From an uncultured Verrucomicrobiae bacterium (GTDB lineage Bacteria > Verrucomicrobiota > Verrucomicrobiia > Limisphaerales > Palsa-1400), in the NCBI GenBank assembly GCA_963702845.1, contig OY969763.1, positions 32,001-96,000 of the forward strand: a stretch of DNA of 64,000 bases, written 5' to 3'. Position numbers and translations under genes: made by a program. Positions 32,901 through 45,369 of this stretch are shown in pieces. Positions within the stretch are counted from its first letter, which is position 1, and every line of letters begins with the position of its first letter. A model generated the notes under the pieces. It was not told where the DNA came from. It made no database searches and worked only from the letters and a program-made list of their open reading frames with translations.

Positions 32901-34178
32901 AACATCTCCAGCGGCACCGCCATCAACGTCATCACCCTGTCACCAAAATCGATTAACATCAGCGGAGATTTCCAGCTGCGCTTTGATGCCTGGCACAATT
33001 TCACCGGCCCCGCACCTGGCGGCGGCACAGGTTCCACAGAGTTCATGTCCGCGGGCATCTGTTCGCCTGGCAATGTTTTGACTTGGCCGACCAATTCGCT
33101 GAACTCGGGCGTCTTCGTCGCACAAGACAGCGATGGTGACGTCGCAGCGGTCAACGCCATCACCCCTGACTACGGCATGTATACGAACGTTAATGGAACC
33201 ACCGCCGCACTACTGATGACCACCAATACCCATTGTTACGCCGCGGTCAACGGCACCAATCCATCGACGTGGCACGGCAATTCTTATTACACCAATGTCT
33301 CCGGCGCGACCGCGCCATCCATTCCAAGCTCCGAAACAAACTCAATTATGTCCGGCGCCGCCAACCAGACCGGCACGGAAGTCGTCGGTGTATTTGCATT
33401 CAAATGGCACGAAGTCATCTTGAAGAAAACCGGTTCCGGTACTGGCACGACCAACATCAGTTGGTACATCGACGGTTTCAGGATCGCTTCAGTGACCAAC
33501 GCATTTACCCCAGCAAACGGAACGAACATTTCCATCGGCTATTTCGACGCATTCGGAAGCATCGCCGCGACGAACTTCGAGTTCGGACTGTTCTCCAATC
33601 TGAAAGTTGAAAGCTTCACCGGTGCGGGCGTCGCCCCGACGATTACGTCGCAGCCAACTAGTCAGACAGTAACGGCGGGTTCCACGGTAACATTTAGCGT
33701 CACCGCAACGAGCCCGACGACGCTCCGCTATCAATGGCAGAAGGACGGCGTCAAACTGGTGAACGGCGGGAATGTGAGTGGCGCTACCACGGGCACGTTG
33801 ACTTTGACGAGCGTCGCTGCCGGCGATGCGGCGTTCTATCGCTGCATCGTTTTGAACAGTTCGAGTTATACGATCAGTAGCACTGCGGGTTTGACAGTCG
33901 GCGGCACGTCGCCGTCGATTGCAACGCGGCCGACGTCCGCTCCATCCATCGCACCGCTGCAGCTCACGCAGAGTGGAACCGGGGTCGGGTCCGTTGCCTT
34001 CCAGTGCAGTTCGACATCAGGTAACAGCTATCGGGTGCAATTCACCAACGACCTGCTCTCACAGAACTGGACGAACCTCGGTGACCCAATCGTGGCCGAC
34101 AGCGATTCCATTACGATTAACGACGTGAGCCCTTCGCAAGCACAGCGGTTCTATCGGGTGATTGCTTTGCCCAGGTAG
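29985..34178 (+). CDS. Secreted D-Ala-D-Ala carboxypeptidase/endopeptidase (S13, DacB/PBP4-like) fused to a PLL/fucose-lectin-like propeller, Ig domains, an unnamed domain and the C-terminal module; frameshifted between ~30.7 and ~31.35 kb
   Basis: PASNLK (SxxK), shifted-frame KVSHN (SxN) and DGSGLS, HAKPGSL, LSGY, FSFLVN. Then GRxQxFxR...W...WSDLGG repeats, Ig I-set segments and the ending QRFYRVIALPR. Confidence 0.75.
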
Positions 34179-34224
34179 TTTTTCGAACTTTAAATACGAC
34201 GTCGGTTGAAGGTTCGCTGCTCGA

Positions 34225-36004
34225 CTAGCGCGCTTGAGAAGGTCGCGCTTGCCAGCGGACTGTATCACTGAGGAAAAGTTGGTCGGGTAGAAAGCCTACC
34301 GGCGCTTTTGTCAGCGGGAAGTTATTTGGGAGGCCTTCGTATTGGCCTTTGGTCAGGTACTGCGTCCACGCATCGGAAACAAAACGTTCCCAGCTTTTCT
34401 CCTCGATCACCATGTGAGATAGGAATTTTCGGTCGGTGGTGCGTTGGGTCAGGTAAATCGCGTGGACCTTTTTGACGTCATTCACTTTATAGAATTGCTC
34501 GTCGTAGTTAGGAGTAACCCATGCGCATTGACGGTCGCCATACCACGCCACGGCCCACGGAACATCGCTCATCAACAATTCATTTGGATTCATCCAGTGC
34601 GCAGTGCGTTGGATAAAATTTGGAAAATAGGGCGTGGTGACGGGATAGGTTGGCGGTGGCAGAAAGGTGAAAATGTAAGGCAGGCAGCGATCAGCACGAA
34701 GAACGCAGTCGAGACGAAACGCAGTTCCAGATTTGCAGCGCTGAGTTGTTCCAACAAGATGAAGAACAATGCGGCGCCGAACATAAAGACAAGTGGCGCA
34801 AAAACGACGAGCAAGTTTTCGGAGTTGATCACCGGTGAATCAGTGGTCAAGTGCGTACGTCCGAGGGCTTCAATACCAATAAACAACACCAGCGACAACA
34901 CGACGAAAAATCTAAGGCGCGACAGGCCGGGATTGCGGAACGGAAGGAGCAAACCGACCAGGAAAAAGGCGGTCACCCAACTGCCGCCGAGGCGAGGCAG
35001 TCCATCTTGCAAGATTTCGCGGCAATTGGTGAAGAATTTTTCGGCGAAGTCTTGTGGTTCCAGCAAATCCATTCCGATGGTTGGATCGACTGAACGTTCA
35101 ACACGGTCTTCAGGGAATGCACGGTGCCTTCGTAGATGGAAATCCGGCAGTGCCGAACAATTTGTCGCTGAGCTGATAGTTACGAGCCAACCATGGTGCA
35201 ACACAGCAAGAGAGACGACGGGAGTGATGGTTGTGATGAGGAGCGCCCGGAACGGGTTAGAAATGCGGCCAGCACGAATAGCGCTGGCGCGAGCAGAAGG
35301 ATAAACGAATAGCGCGTCAACCCTGCAACGCCGATGAGCAGGCCGAGAATAATCGCCAGGAAAAACATGCGTCTTTGTCCTCGCGGTTTCTTTGCGGTCT
35401 TCGTCGTCGATGAGCCAAGGGCCCATGCAATGCCAAGGACGATGGTGACGAGCAACATGGTGGAGAGCCGGAAACGCAGAAGTGCCAGAAGACTTCGGAC
35501 GCGCCGAACAGTCCGGCACTCAGCCATGCGACAGGCGGATCGAACATGCGTCGCGCTAATTTATATAGCAGCACGACGCTGATGAAAAACAGCGCCTGGT
35601 TAACAAGACAGATCCAGAGTTCCGGTTGATAACTGGCGAAGTTTTTTTGCCTGCGCAGCAAAATGGAATGGCAGAATTTTCATCATACCGGCCAGCAGCC
35701 GGATAGACGGGCGGGTTACTGATGTCGGGCATCGAGAGGCCCCATTTGGGATGGAATTTGTGTTGCCGTTTCAAACAGGTGAACGGCGAGCGGACGGATG
35801 AATTCCGTCGTGTAATCCGCGGCCATCGCGATATTGTGCGCCAACTGGCCAGCGTCCATCGCTTCTTGAGTATTGAAGTTGCGGTAGGCGCGCATGTCAT
35901 AACACATCGCCAACGCGCCGAAACCGAGGATGACAGCGAAGGTCTTGATCATGCGCGCGCCGGTGCCGGCTTCTAATGCGTGGATCGAATTCCTGGAGTC
36001 GCAT
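34225..36004 (-). CDS. Integral membrane glycosyltransferase (GT-C, ArnT/PMT-like), multiply frameshifted
   Basis: EAMDAGQLAHNIA, DISNPPVYP, LTRYS, many TM helices and MSDVPWAVAWYGDRQC distributed across frames. Confidence 0.6.
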
Positions 36005-36099
36005 GCGATCGGTCGCGGGCTTGCGCATTGTGTCATTACCATCCTTGGCGCAGAGACGTTAATAGAAGAGAACTCAGGTCCGCTATAAAAATGAAAGGC

Positions 36100-37481
36100 T
36101 CACAAATCCTGTAGATTGAATTCGATAAGTTTGCGATGAAGGGTGCGGCGGCTCATGCCGATTTTTTTCGCGGCGGCGGTGCGGTTGCCGTTGCATTCTT
36201 TTAACGCGCGGGCGATGAGCTGTTTTTCGGCTTCGCGACGGTCATATCGCGATGGCGCGATGAGTTTCGTGCTGGTCGGGACGGTGGCATTCGATGTGCG
36301 AACGGTTGAGCGGCAAATCGCGCAAAGCAATTTTGTCACTGCGACAAAGAACGACAGCGTGCTCAACCGCAGTGCGGAGTTCGCGGACGTTGCCGGGCCA
36401 TTGGTAACTAATCATGGCGTCCATTGCGTCCGGCGTAAATTCGGTGACTGTGTTTGCTGTTTTCCGTGGCGAATTCGTGCAGGAACGTTTTCGCGAGGAG
36501 CGGAACGTCGACGAGGCGTTCGCGCAAGGGAGGCAGCACGATTTCGACGACGCGCAGGCGGAAGAAAAGGTCTTCGCGGAATTTGCCGGCTTTGACTTCA
36601 TTGTTCGAGATTGCGGTTTGTCGCGGCGATGAGGCGGACGTCGGCGCTTTGTGTTTTGTTGGAGCCGACGCGTTCGAAGGTGCGTTCGCCCGAAAACCGG
36701 AAGAGCTTCACCTGAATGGAGGAATCGATTTCGCCGATTTCGTCGAGGAAGAGCGTGCCGCCTTGAGCGGCTTCGATGCGGCCGATGCGGCGTTCGTGCG
36801 CGCCGGTGAATGCGCCTTTTTCATGGCCGAAGAGTTCGCTTTCGAGGAGCGATGGCGCGAGGCCGGCGCAATGGATCGTGACCATCGTTTGCGTCGAACG
36901 TGGACTGAGTTGGTGAATGGCTTTGGCTATGAGTTCTTTGCCGGTGCCGCTTTCGCCGAGTAGTAAGACAGTCGCGCGAGTGGGGGCAACCTGGCGGACG
37001 ACGTCGAAAATTTCCTCCATCGCCGGCGATTGCCCGATGATGTTTTTCATGCCGAAACGCGTGTCGAGCTGTTGACGGAGCGAAACGTTTTCGGCTTCGA
37101 GTTTGCGCTGGCGCGATGGCGCGGCCGATGCGCATCTCGAGTTCGTCGATTTGCAGGCGGCCTTTGGCGATGTAATCGTCGGCACCGTTTTTCATCGCTT
37201 CGACGGCGAGTTCCTCGGAACCGTAGGCAGTCATTAAAATGCAGATCGGCGGTTTGCTCAGAGACTTGGCGCGCGCGATGAGCTTCATGCCGTCTTCTTT
37301 CGGGAGACGAAAATCGGTCAGGAGGACGGCGAAGTTTTCCTGCTCCAACAATTGCATGGCGGCGCCCGGCGTCTTCGGCGATCTAAACGTCATACGTGAT
37401 CTTCCAAGAGCGGCACGCAAGTCCTTCGCGCGTCGGCTTTTCATCGTCGACAATCAGCAATGTGGGTTTGAGGTCGGCCAT
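36100..37481 (-). CDS. NtrC/AtoC-family sigma54-dependent response regulator, frameshifted
   Basis: LLIVDDE REC domain, [42 protein letters not shown], Fis [23 protein letters not shown]. Confidence 0.9.
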
Positions 37482-37482
37482 G

Positions 37483-38722
37483 TTAGTCGTGGTATTTGGC
37501 TTCGAGCAGGCGCGTGATGGCGTTCGTGCAATGGGAGCCAGATGCGGAATTTGGTGCCGTGGCCGACATTGCTTTCCACTTCGATACGCCCGCCGTGCTG
37601 GCGGACGATGCGTTGGACGATCATCAATCCGAGGCCGCTGCCTTTTTTCTTGGTCGTGTAAAACGGTTCGAAAATGTGATTGATTTGTTCCTGTGCGATT
37701 CCGCCACCGGTGTCGGCAATACTGAACCAAATGCGTCGGAGATTGGCCGCTTTCGATAGTCAATGTGCCGCCTTGCGTCATAGCCTGCATGGCGTTTTTA
37801 ATCAGGTTGACGAGAACTTGTTTGATTTGATTCGCATCGATCGGCGTCGCAGTCCATGCGGCGGCCGAGTTTTTCTTTTACTTGCAGGCCGCGATTTTCC
37901 AACTCGGGCCCGAGCAGCGTCAGCGTTTCGTGGATGACGTCGTTGATCGGTGTAAGTTTGAATTGCGGCGGTGACGGGCGGATTGCTTGCAGAAATTGCG
38001 TGACGATATAGTCGAGGCGTGTGATTTCGCCTTTTGCGACATCAAGATAGTTTTCGAGCTTTTGTGCGGTTTCCGTGCAGTCGACGTTCGTTTTGATTTT
38101 GCGCGCCCACGTCCGATCGGCGTGACGGATTGCTGACTTCAGCTTGCGCAGTTCGCGGCCCATCAATTGCAGATGAATATGCAATGCGTTGAAAGGATTG
38201 CCGATTTCGTGCGCGACGCTCGCGGCGAGTAACGTCAGCGAATGGATGCGTTCACTTTCGATCGCTTCAAACGTGGCCTGCCTCGCTTCGGTGGCATCGT
38301 GCAAAATCAACGCCAAACCGGTGCTGCCCTTTGGCTTCGCCATCGAGCGGCGCTGCGTAAAGCCGAAGGAAACGTGGAACAGGAAATGCGATTTCGAATT
38401 CATGATGCGTTGCGCGTTGACCGCCGTATTTGTCCAAAGCGAGCAGACTGGTCCAATCCAATTCGGGCAAAAATTTTGAGATCGGCTGGCCTTCGGCGGC
38501 TTCGGCGTTTAACCCAAGCAGGCGAGTGACGGCTTGATTGAAATAGAGGACTTTGCCTTTTTCATCCACGACGAGGACGCCGTCTTCAATCGCGTTGAAA
38601 AGTGTTTCGAGAAAATTGCGTTCGCGCGCGAGACGTTGGACGACGGTTTGCAGTCCTTCGGCGTCAAGTCGTCTAATTCGTCCGAAAACTTTATCCAGAA
38701 ATGTTGATTTTCCGGGTGGCAT
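37483..38722 (-). CDS. PAS sensor histidine kinase, frameshifted
   Basis: PAS (IEDGVLVVDEKG), H-box LAASVAHEIGNP and HATPase fragments; directly upstream of the response regulator. Confidence 0.85.
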
Positions 38723-38884
38723 AACTTTCGTCAACGCACACCGAGTCAATATGGCACAGTTTGTGAAACTGCGGAGGACGAATGCAAGACGGTGAGTTGA
38801 CAGCACGAAGTGGCTGAAAGGTAGAAAATAATGACCGGCAGAAGCGCCAAAAATGCCTAAATGGATCGGCGTAATTAAATTCGT

Positions 38885-41800
38885 TAACCCACCGTCTGGT
38901 CACCATTGAATCGGATGAAGTCTTTTTCTCCCATTTACGTTTTTCCCGCTCTGGCAGAGAAGTATCGACTTTGGGATAAAACGTGTTTCCGCCGAATTTT
39001 CGTCAATGGCGTGTTCGAATTCGCGCGACGGGCTGACACGATAACGCTCGTGAGTCTCGATAAAAATGCGTTCCCCGCCAGGTTCGCGCAGACACAGAAA
39101 CACAGGGATCTGCCCGGATAAGCGATGATCAGGTCGCGAGCGTTTTCAAGGTCTTGTGCCGTGAGTCGCTCAGCGTTGAGGCGCAGGTAACACTTGCTTC
39201 GTGTATTTCAAAGGCGCTTTTTCCAACTCCATGATTTCCTCGGAAAAATCTTCGGCTTGTCTTCGGAATTGTTTACTTCGCCCACGACCAGCAAAGGTTT
39301 ATTCGGAACGAGCAGCTGGGCAAATTTATCGTAGTTCTCGTTCATGCAGAGGATCTGCACGGTGCCTTCGAGATCTTCCAACGTGACCATCGCGTATGGT
39401 TTGTTCGATTTTTTCGAAATGCCTTTTTGCACATCGGAGACCATGCCGGCAATGCGCGTCATGCCGCGCGGGGGCAATTCCTGAAGTTGGTTGGTTTTGT
39501 GCAACCCGTAGCGATCGATCAGAGGCACAAGTGGCATCAGCGGGATGGCCGCTGAGATAAAAACCGAGCAATTCTTTTTCGTAACCGAGCAGTTCATTCT
39601 GCTCCCATTCTGGCAATTGCTTTTCTGGCTCAGGCGTTTTTGTCGGGCGATTTATCTTCCAACATCCCGAACAGAGTATTCTGCCCGCGTTGCCGTCTTG
39701 AACGATGCTGGCGGCGCGCGCGACGACACGATCAATCTTGGCGAACATCGTGGCGCGATTAGACCGAACGAATCGCACGCGCCGGATTTGATCAGCGCTT
39801 CCAAAACTTTGCGAGTGAGTGCGCGGCCATCGACGCGTTCGATGAATTCTTCGAGCGAATGGAATTGGCCGCCTTTTTTACGCCCATCGAGAATTGTTTG
39901 CACGGCGCCTTCGCCAATGCCCTTTGATGGCGGCCAAACCGAACCGGATGGCCTGAGAAATGTGCGGCGTGACCGTTTCCATCGGCAGCGTCGATTGCGG
40001 CCGCGGTCGTCTTTTTGGACGGTGCAGGCGTGAAGTGAACACCGCTTTCGTTGACATCCGGCCCGAGAACTTCAACCCCAAACAGTTTCGCTTCATTGAT
40101 GAGAATCGTGAGCTTCGACGTGTCGCTCATGTCGTTCGTCATCATTGCGCTGAGGAACTCGACCGTGTAATTGGCTTTAAGAAATGCGGTCTGATAGGCG
40201 ACGACGGCGTAAGCGGCGGCGTGTGATTTGTTGAAACCGTAACCAGCAAATTTTTCCAACAAATCGAAAATCTGATTCGCTTTCTGCGCGGGGATATTGT
40301 TCAACTTCGCCGCACCTTCGACGAAAAGCTTACGTTGGCTGGCCATTTCCGCGGCGTTCTTTTTGCCCATCGCGCGGCGTAGCAAATCTGCACTGCCGAG
40401 CGTGTAGCCGGCCAAGAGCTGCGTCGCCTGCATGACTTGTTCCTGGTAAATCAAAACGCCATAAGTCTCTTTGGCAATTGGTTCCAGCAACGGGTGTTCG
40501 TATTCGATCTTCACTTCGCCATGCCGGCGTTTGATGAAATCGGGAATAAGATCCATCGGCCCTGGACGATACAATGCGACAAGCGCCGTGATATGCTCGA
40601 CGGAGCTGATCTGGAATTTCCGACACAAATCCCGCATGCCGCCAGATTCCAATTGGAACACGCCCACCGTCAGACCTTTGTTCAACAACTCGTAAGTTTT
40701 CGCGTCGTCCAACGGCAGTTTTTCGACATCAAGGGTGATACCGCGGTTTTGTTTGACCAGTTCGACGGTATTACGAATAACCGTCAGTGTCTTCAGCCCA
40801 AGAAATCCATCTTCAGCAACCCAAGATCGCCGACGGGCTTCCATCGGGTATTGCGTCACGATCGTGCCGTCTTCGTCTTTCTTGAGCGGAAGCAAATTGA
40901 CCAGCGGTTGATCGCCAATGACAACACCGGCTGCGTGCACAGATGCATTTCGAACAAGATCTTCCAGGACAAACGCGGTATCGACCAACTCGCGCGTCAC
41001 TTCTTCCGTTTCGTAGGCGGTCTTGAAATCCGGCGATTGTTCGAGCGCTTTTTTGAGCGTCATCTCCAATTCAGCTCGGGATCATTTTCGCGAGACGATC
41101 GCACTCGCCGTAGCTCAAGCCCATCGACACGCCCGACGTCGCGCACACGGATTTCGCGCCCATCGTGCCGAACGTAATAATCTGTGCGACAGAGTCGCTG
41201 CCATATTTTTCCCGGACGTATTCGATGACGTCATCGCGGCGATCGTCGGCAAAGTCGATATCGATATCAGGAGGGTTAACACGTTCGGGATTGAGGAACC
41301 GTTCGAACAGCAGCCCGTAACGAATCGGGTCAACGTTCGAGATTTCCAAAAGATAAGTGACAATCGAGCCTGCAGCCGAACCGCGCGCCACGCACGCAAC
41401 GCCCATGCTGCGTCCATAACGAACAAAATCGCCGACGATAAGGAAATAGGAAATGAAACCGGTTTTCTCGATGACCTTTAGCTCCAATGTCGAAGCCGAT
41501 CGAAACCGCTTTGTTGCAGCTGCAGTGTCGCGTAACCGGGCGGCAAGAGAGTTGGATCGTCCACGCCCTCCACAATAAATTTGATCACCCTCAGCCCGTG
41601 CGCGCATGGAATAGCGAATTGCAAACCTTCTGCGACCAGGTCGCGCAACATCCCTTCACGCGTTTTCCCGGCCGGCGGATTCAAAAGCCGGATAGTGATA
41701 TTCCTTGTTGAGCCTGATCTCGAGATTGCATTGCTCGGCGACTCCAGCGTATTTTTTACTGCTTCAGGCACCTCGCTAAAGCGCGCCTGCCATCTCTTCA

Positions 41801-42557
41801 GCCGAACGCAAAAAGAATTGCTCCGGCTGATAGGCCATGCGCTTGGTGTCGGCGAACTGCGTTTGCGTGCCGATACAGATCAAACAATCATGCGCGTGCG
41901 AATCCGCTTTGTTCACGTAGTGAACATCATTGGTCGCAACAAGTTTAAGCCCGAATTCTTTGTGCCATCGAATCAGCTGCTTTGTGACCTTGGCTTGTTC
42001 GGCAATGCCGTGATTCTGGATTTCGAGATAAAAATTTTCGGGCCCAAGAATTTGTTGATACCAATCGATCGTTTCGCGCGCTTTCGGCAATTGATCCTGC
42101 CGAATCAAGCTGCGAAATTTCGCTGTTCATGCAGCCGGATAGGACGATCAGGCCATCTTTATACTGAGCGAGCAGTTCTTTATCGATGCGCGGCTTATAA
42201 TAAAAGCCATCGAGATGCGCGATCGTAACGAGCTTGACCAGGTTTTTATAACCCGTCTCGTTTTTCGCCAGAACTGTCAGGTGATTATAAACATCCTTGC
42301 CGCCCGCGGCCGTTTTGCGTTCGGTATGCTTACCTGGGTGCAACGTAAACTTCGCAGCCAATAATCGGCTTCAGGTCCTTCTTCTTCGCTGCCTTATAAA
42401 AATCAATCGCGCCATAAAGAACGCCGTGATCTGTCAGTGCGATATGGGAAAAATTCAAATCCTTCGCCCGATCCATCAATTGTCCACCCGGCACGCGCCA
42501 TCGAGCATGGAATACTCGCTGTGCAGGTGGAGATGGACAAATTCGGCGCGCGGCCAT
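38885..42557 (-). CDS. dnaE: DNA polymerase III alpha subunit, multiply frameshifted (3' end approximate)
   Basis: FVHLHLHSEYS, ALTDHG, KPIIGCEVY, VATNDVHY, RGSAAGS, NPERVNPPDIDIDF, GVFQLES, ALYRPGP, FAGYGFNKSH, OB fold. Confidence 0.95.
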
Positions 42558-42560
42558 TGA

Positions 42561-42894
42561 CTAAATTCCCATGTTGGAGAGCGTCGTCGCGATGCGGTTC
42601 ACGACCGCGACCAATTGCGGGTGTGTTTCCCCAATTCATCGACCGACGACGTGAGATCCTGCTGTGGAATATTTCAGCGTCTCGGGATTTTTGCTCTCGC
42701 GCATGGCCTCTTCGTGGATAACTCCGCAAAACTGGCGATGCTTTGTGCCTGTTCCCCGTGCGTTTTGGAAAGCGTCGAAACCTCGGCTTCAACTGACCGA
42801 GATGAATTGAATCAGTTCCGTGCGATTTTCATCGCGCGATTGTGCCGGCATTTTGGATTCGGGTTTCGAGTTTCGAGAGCGTGTCATCAAGCAT
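42561..42894 (-). CDS. DUF4404-family small helical protein, frameshifted
   Basis: Stitched translation MLDDTLSKLETRIQNA...SIASFAELS...THPQLVAVVNRIATTLSNMGI*. Confidence 0.65.
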
Positions 42895-43008
42895 AAGGTA
42901 CTAGAATAAACGTAACGGATTTGGGGGAAAAGGGAAGGGGTTTGAACCGTTGCAACTTTGCCCGAAATTTCCGCCACGTCCGACTCCAAGGCATTTGTAT
43001 CAATAGTT

Positions 43009-43031
43009 GGGACTGACCGAGGGACTGACCG
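43009..43031. repeat. 12-bp-period direct repeat GGGACTGACCG x2 (arm-type-site-like)
   Basis: Copies at 43009-43019 and 43021-43031; same ACTGAC core and spacing as the sites at 59.74-59.94 kb. Confidence 0.6.
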
Positions 43032-43129
43032 CTTTTCGAATTATCATAATTCGTTGACACCTGCTCACGGTCAAATAGCATTCGAACCCGACCATTTTCA
43101 ACAACAACAGGCTAATTACGGCGCAAACA

Positions 43130-45070
43130 ATGAGGGGACAATTTAAACCACTACTTTCGTCAGCACTTTTATTCTTTACCGTCAGCCGACTGTTCGGTGG
43201 AGGAACGTTCTTGAGTTGGGGCGACCAAACCGTTCCTCACGTGGCTCCCGGGACATCATTCACGAAGATCGCTGGCGGCTGGGAACACAGCCTTGCGCTC
43301 AAAAACGATGGAACGGTCGTTGCGTGGGGCTATAACGCATATGGCTCCACCACAATTCCAAGCGGTTTGAGCGGCGTTGCTGCAATCTCTGCGTGCAGCA
43401 GCTTGAACGGCTGGACCAGTCTTGCGCTCAAAAGTAACGGAACTGTCGTCGCATGGGGACACGAAAGTTCTCCCATGCAAACGAACGTTCCCAGTGGACT
43501 GAGTAACGTCGTTTCAATCGCGGCAGGGCCACTTGGGCAGTTCGCATTGAAAGCCGATGGCACGGTCGTTGCGTGGGGTAACCCGAGCCCGCTGGCAGTG
43601 CCAAATGGACTAGTCGACGTTGTGGCAATCGCCGCGGGCGATTACTACTGTCTAGCTTTAAAGAATGACGGAACCGTGGTTGCGTGGGGCTACGCCCCGT
43701 CAAACTTTCCGACTGGGCTGAGTGGCGTCGTCGCCATCGCAGCAGGCGAGGGGCATTGCCTGGCATTAAAAAGCGATGGAACAGTTGTCGGTTGGGGCAA
43801 TAACTCGGCTGGTCAGGCCAGTGTCCCTACCGGACTTAGCGGAGTCACCGCAATTTCCGCAGGCTACGGTCACAGCATGGCGCTGAAGAGCGATGGAACA
43901 GTAATCGCATGGGGCGGCAACGGCCTCGGCCAGACGAACGTTCCAAACGGCCTTACAGGCGTATGGCGATCGCAGCAGGTGGCGATCATAGTCTCGCACT
44001 AAAGAATGATGGATCGATTATCGCGTGGGGACAGAACGCTTATAGTCAGACAATAGTTCCAAATTCCCTAACTAACGTCGTAGCGGTCGCCCCAGGATGG
44101 GACCATACCGTTGTCGCAAAAACCGATGGAACGGTTGTTGCTTGGGGGCCCAACAGCTACGGCGAGACCAACGTTCCTGCTGGATTGGCAAATGTGAAGG
44201 CTGTGGCGGCCGGGGATCGGCACAGCATGGCGCTTCAAAGCAACGGCACCGTGGTTTGCTGGGGCGATACGACCTACGGCGCGACTGCTGTCCCACCTGG
44301 ACTAAACAATGTCGTCGCTATCGCAGCGGGCGGCTTCCATAGTCTCGCGCTAACAAGCAACGCCACGGTCGTCGCTTGGGGCTACAATACTTATGGTCAA
44401 ACCAATGTTCCGGCCGGACTGAGTGGAGTTGCTGCAATTTCAGCAGGTTACTATCACAGTGCCGCGCTGAAGAGTAACGGTACGGTCGTAGTCTGGGGAT
44501 ACAATGTTGATGGACAAACAAATGTCACCGTCGGGGCTCAACGGTGTTGTGGCTATCGCCGCCGGACGATACCACACCGTAGCTTTAAAGAGCAATGGTA
44601 CAGTAATTTCATGGGGGTATACCAACGCCGGGGCAACAAACGTTCCGATTGGACTCAGCAATGTTGTTTCAATCGCAGCTGGCGGTTACTTCGGTCTCGC
44701 CGTGAAAAGCGACAAATCGATCGTTGGCTGGGGAGACAATCATTATGCCGAGTCCGCAACGCCTTGTCCTTGCGGACTGAATGGACTTTTGGCCATGGCG
44801 TCGGGCTCGGCCGCATCTCGGACTGGGGCCATTGTTGCCGACCAGACCACCAAGAGCTCCAGCATTGGCGTAAGTTTCGGCGCAAACAGTTTCCCAACGA
44901 TTCAACTGAGCGGATCTTCCAACCTCACCTACCAGATTCAAACCTCGAGCAATTTGTCAGACTGGACCGCGTCCGGTTGTTTGTATAATACCAACGGAAC
45001 TGCATCTTTCTCAGATGTGCAAGGAACAAATGGCGCCGCCCGCTTCTATCGCGCCCGCCTGCCTTATTAG
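43130..45070 (+). CDS. Secreted RCC1/BLIP-II repeat protein with the C-terminal module, frameshifted at ~43965 and ~44530
   Basis: Signal peptide; many HSLALKxDGTVVAWGxNxxGQTNVPxGLSxVVAIAAG repeats; ends ARFYRARLPY. Confidence 0.85.
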
Positions 45071-45192
45071 CCCAGCGTACGGACGCGGATTTCGGGTAGG
45101 TCTCTCAACCCAACTGACCCGAAAACTTGTTTGACTACACGGTTTGTAAAACGCAGCCTCGATAAAAATGAGACATTGTCAGCCTGCATAGC

Positions 45193-45369
45193 GTGAAAGC
45201 CGTCACCGTCATCTCCCATCCGTTGGTGCAGCACAATCTCACCCGCTTGCGCGATAAGCGGACACGTCCCTAGAAATTCCGCCGTGTCCTCAGCGAGATG
45301 TTCGCGCTTATGTTGCACGAAGCCACCCGCTCCTTCACGCTGCGGTCAATAACCGTGCAAAAAGGGTGA
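45193..45369 (+). pseudogene. upp: 5' fragment of uracil phosphoribosyltransferase with in-frame stop
   Basis: Translation MKAVTVISHPLVQHNLTRLRDKRTRP*KFRRVLSEMFALMLHEATRSF matches the Upp N-terminus (HPLVQH..T.LRD..T....FR). TAG at 45271; similarity ends after ~55 codons. Confidence 0.75.

Noticed and set aside
38885..42557. Programmed frameshifting, intein or split dnaE
   Set aside because: Indels are numerous, affect all neighbouring genes equally and lack consistent slippery sites; no intein motifs seen.
43130..45070. Nucleotide repeats as a DGR template/variable region or CRISPR
   Set aside because: They are ordinary RCC1 protein repeats; no reverse transcriptase and no adenine-specific repeat pair recognised.
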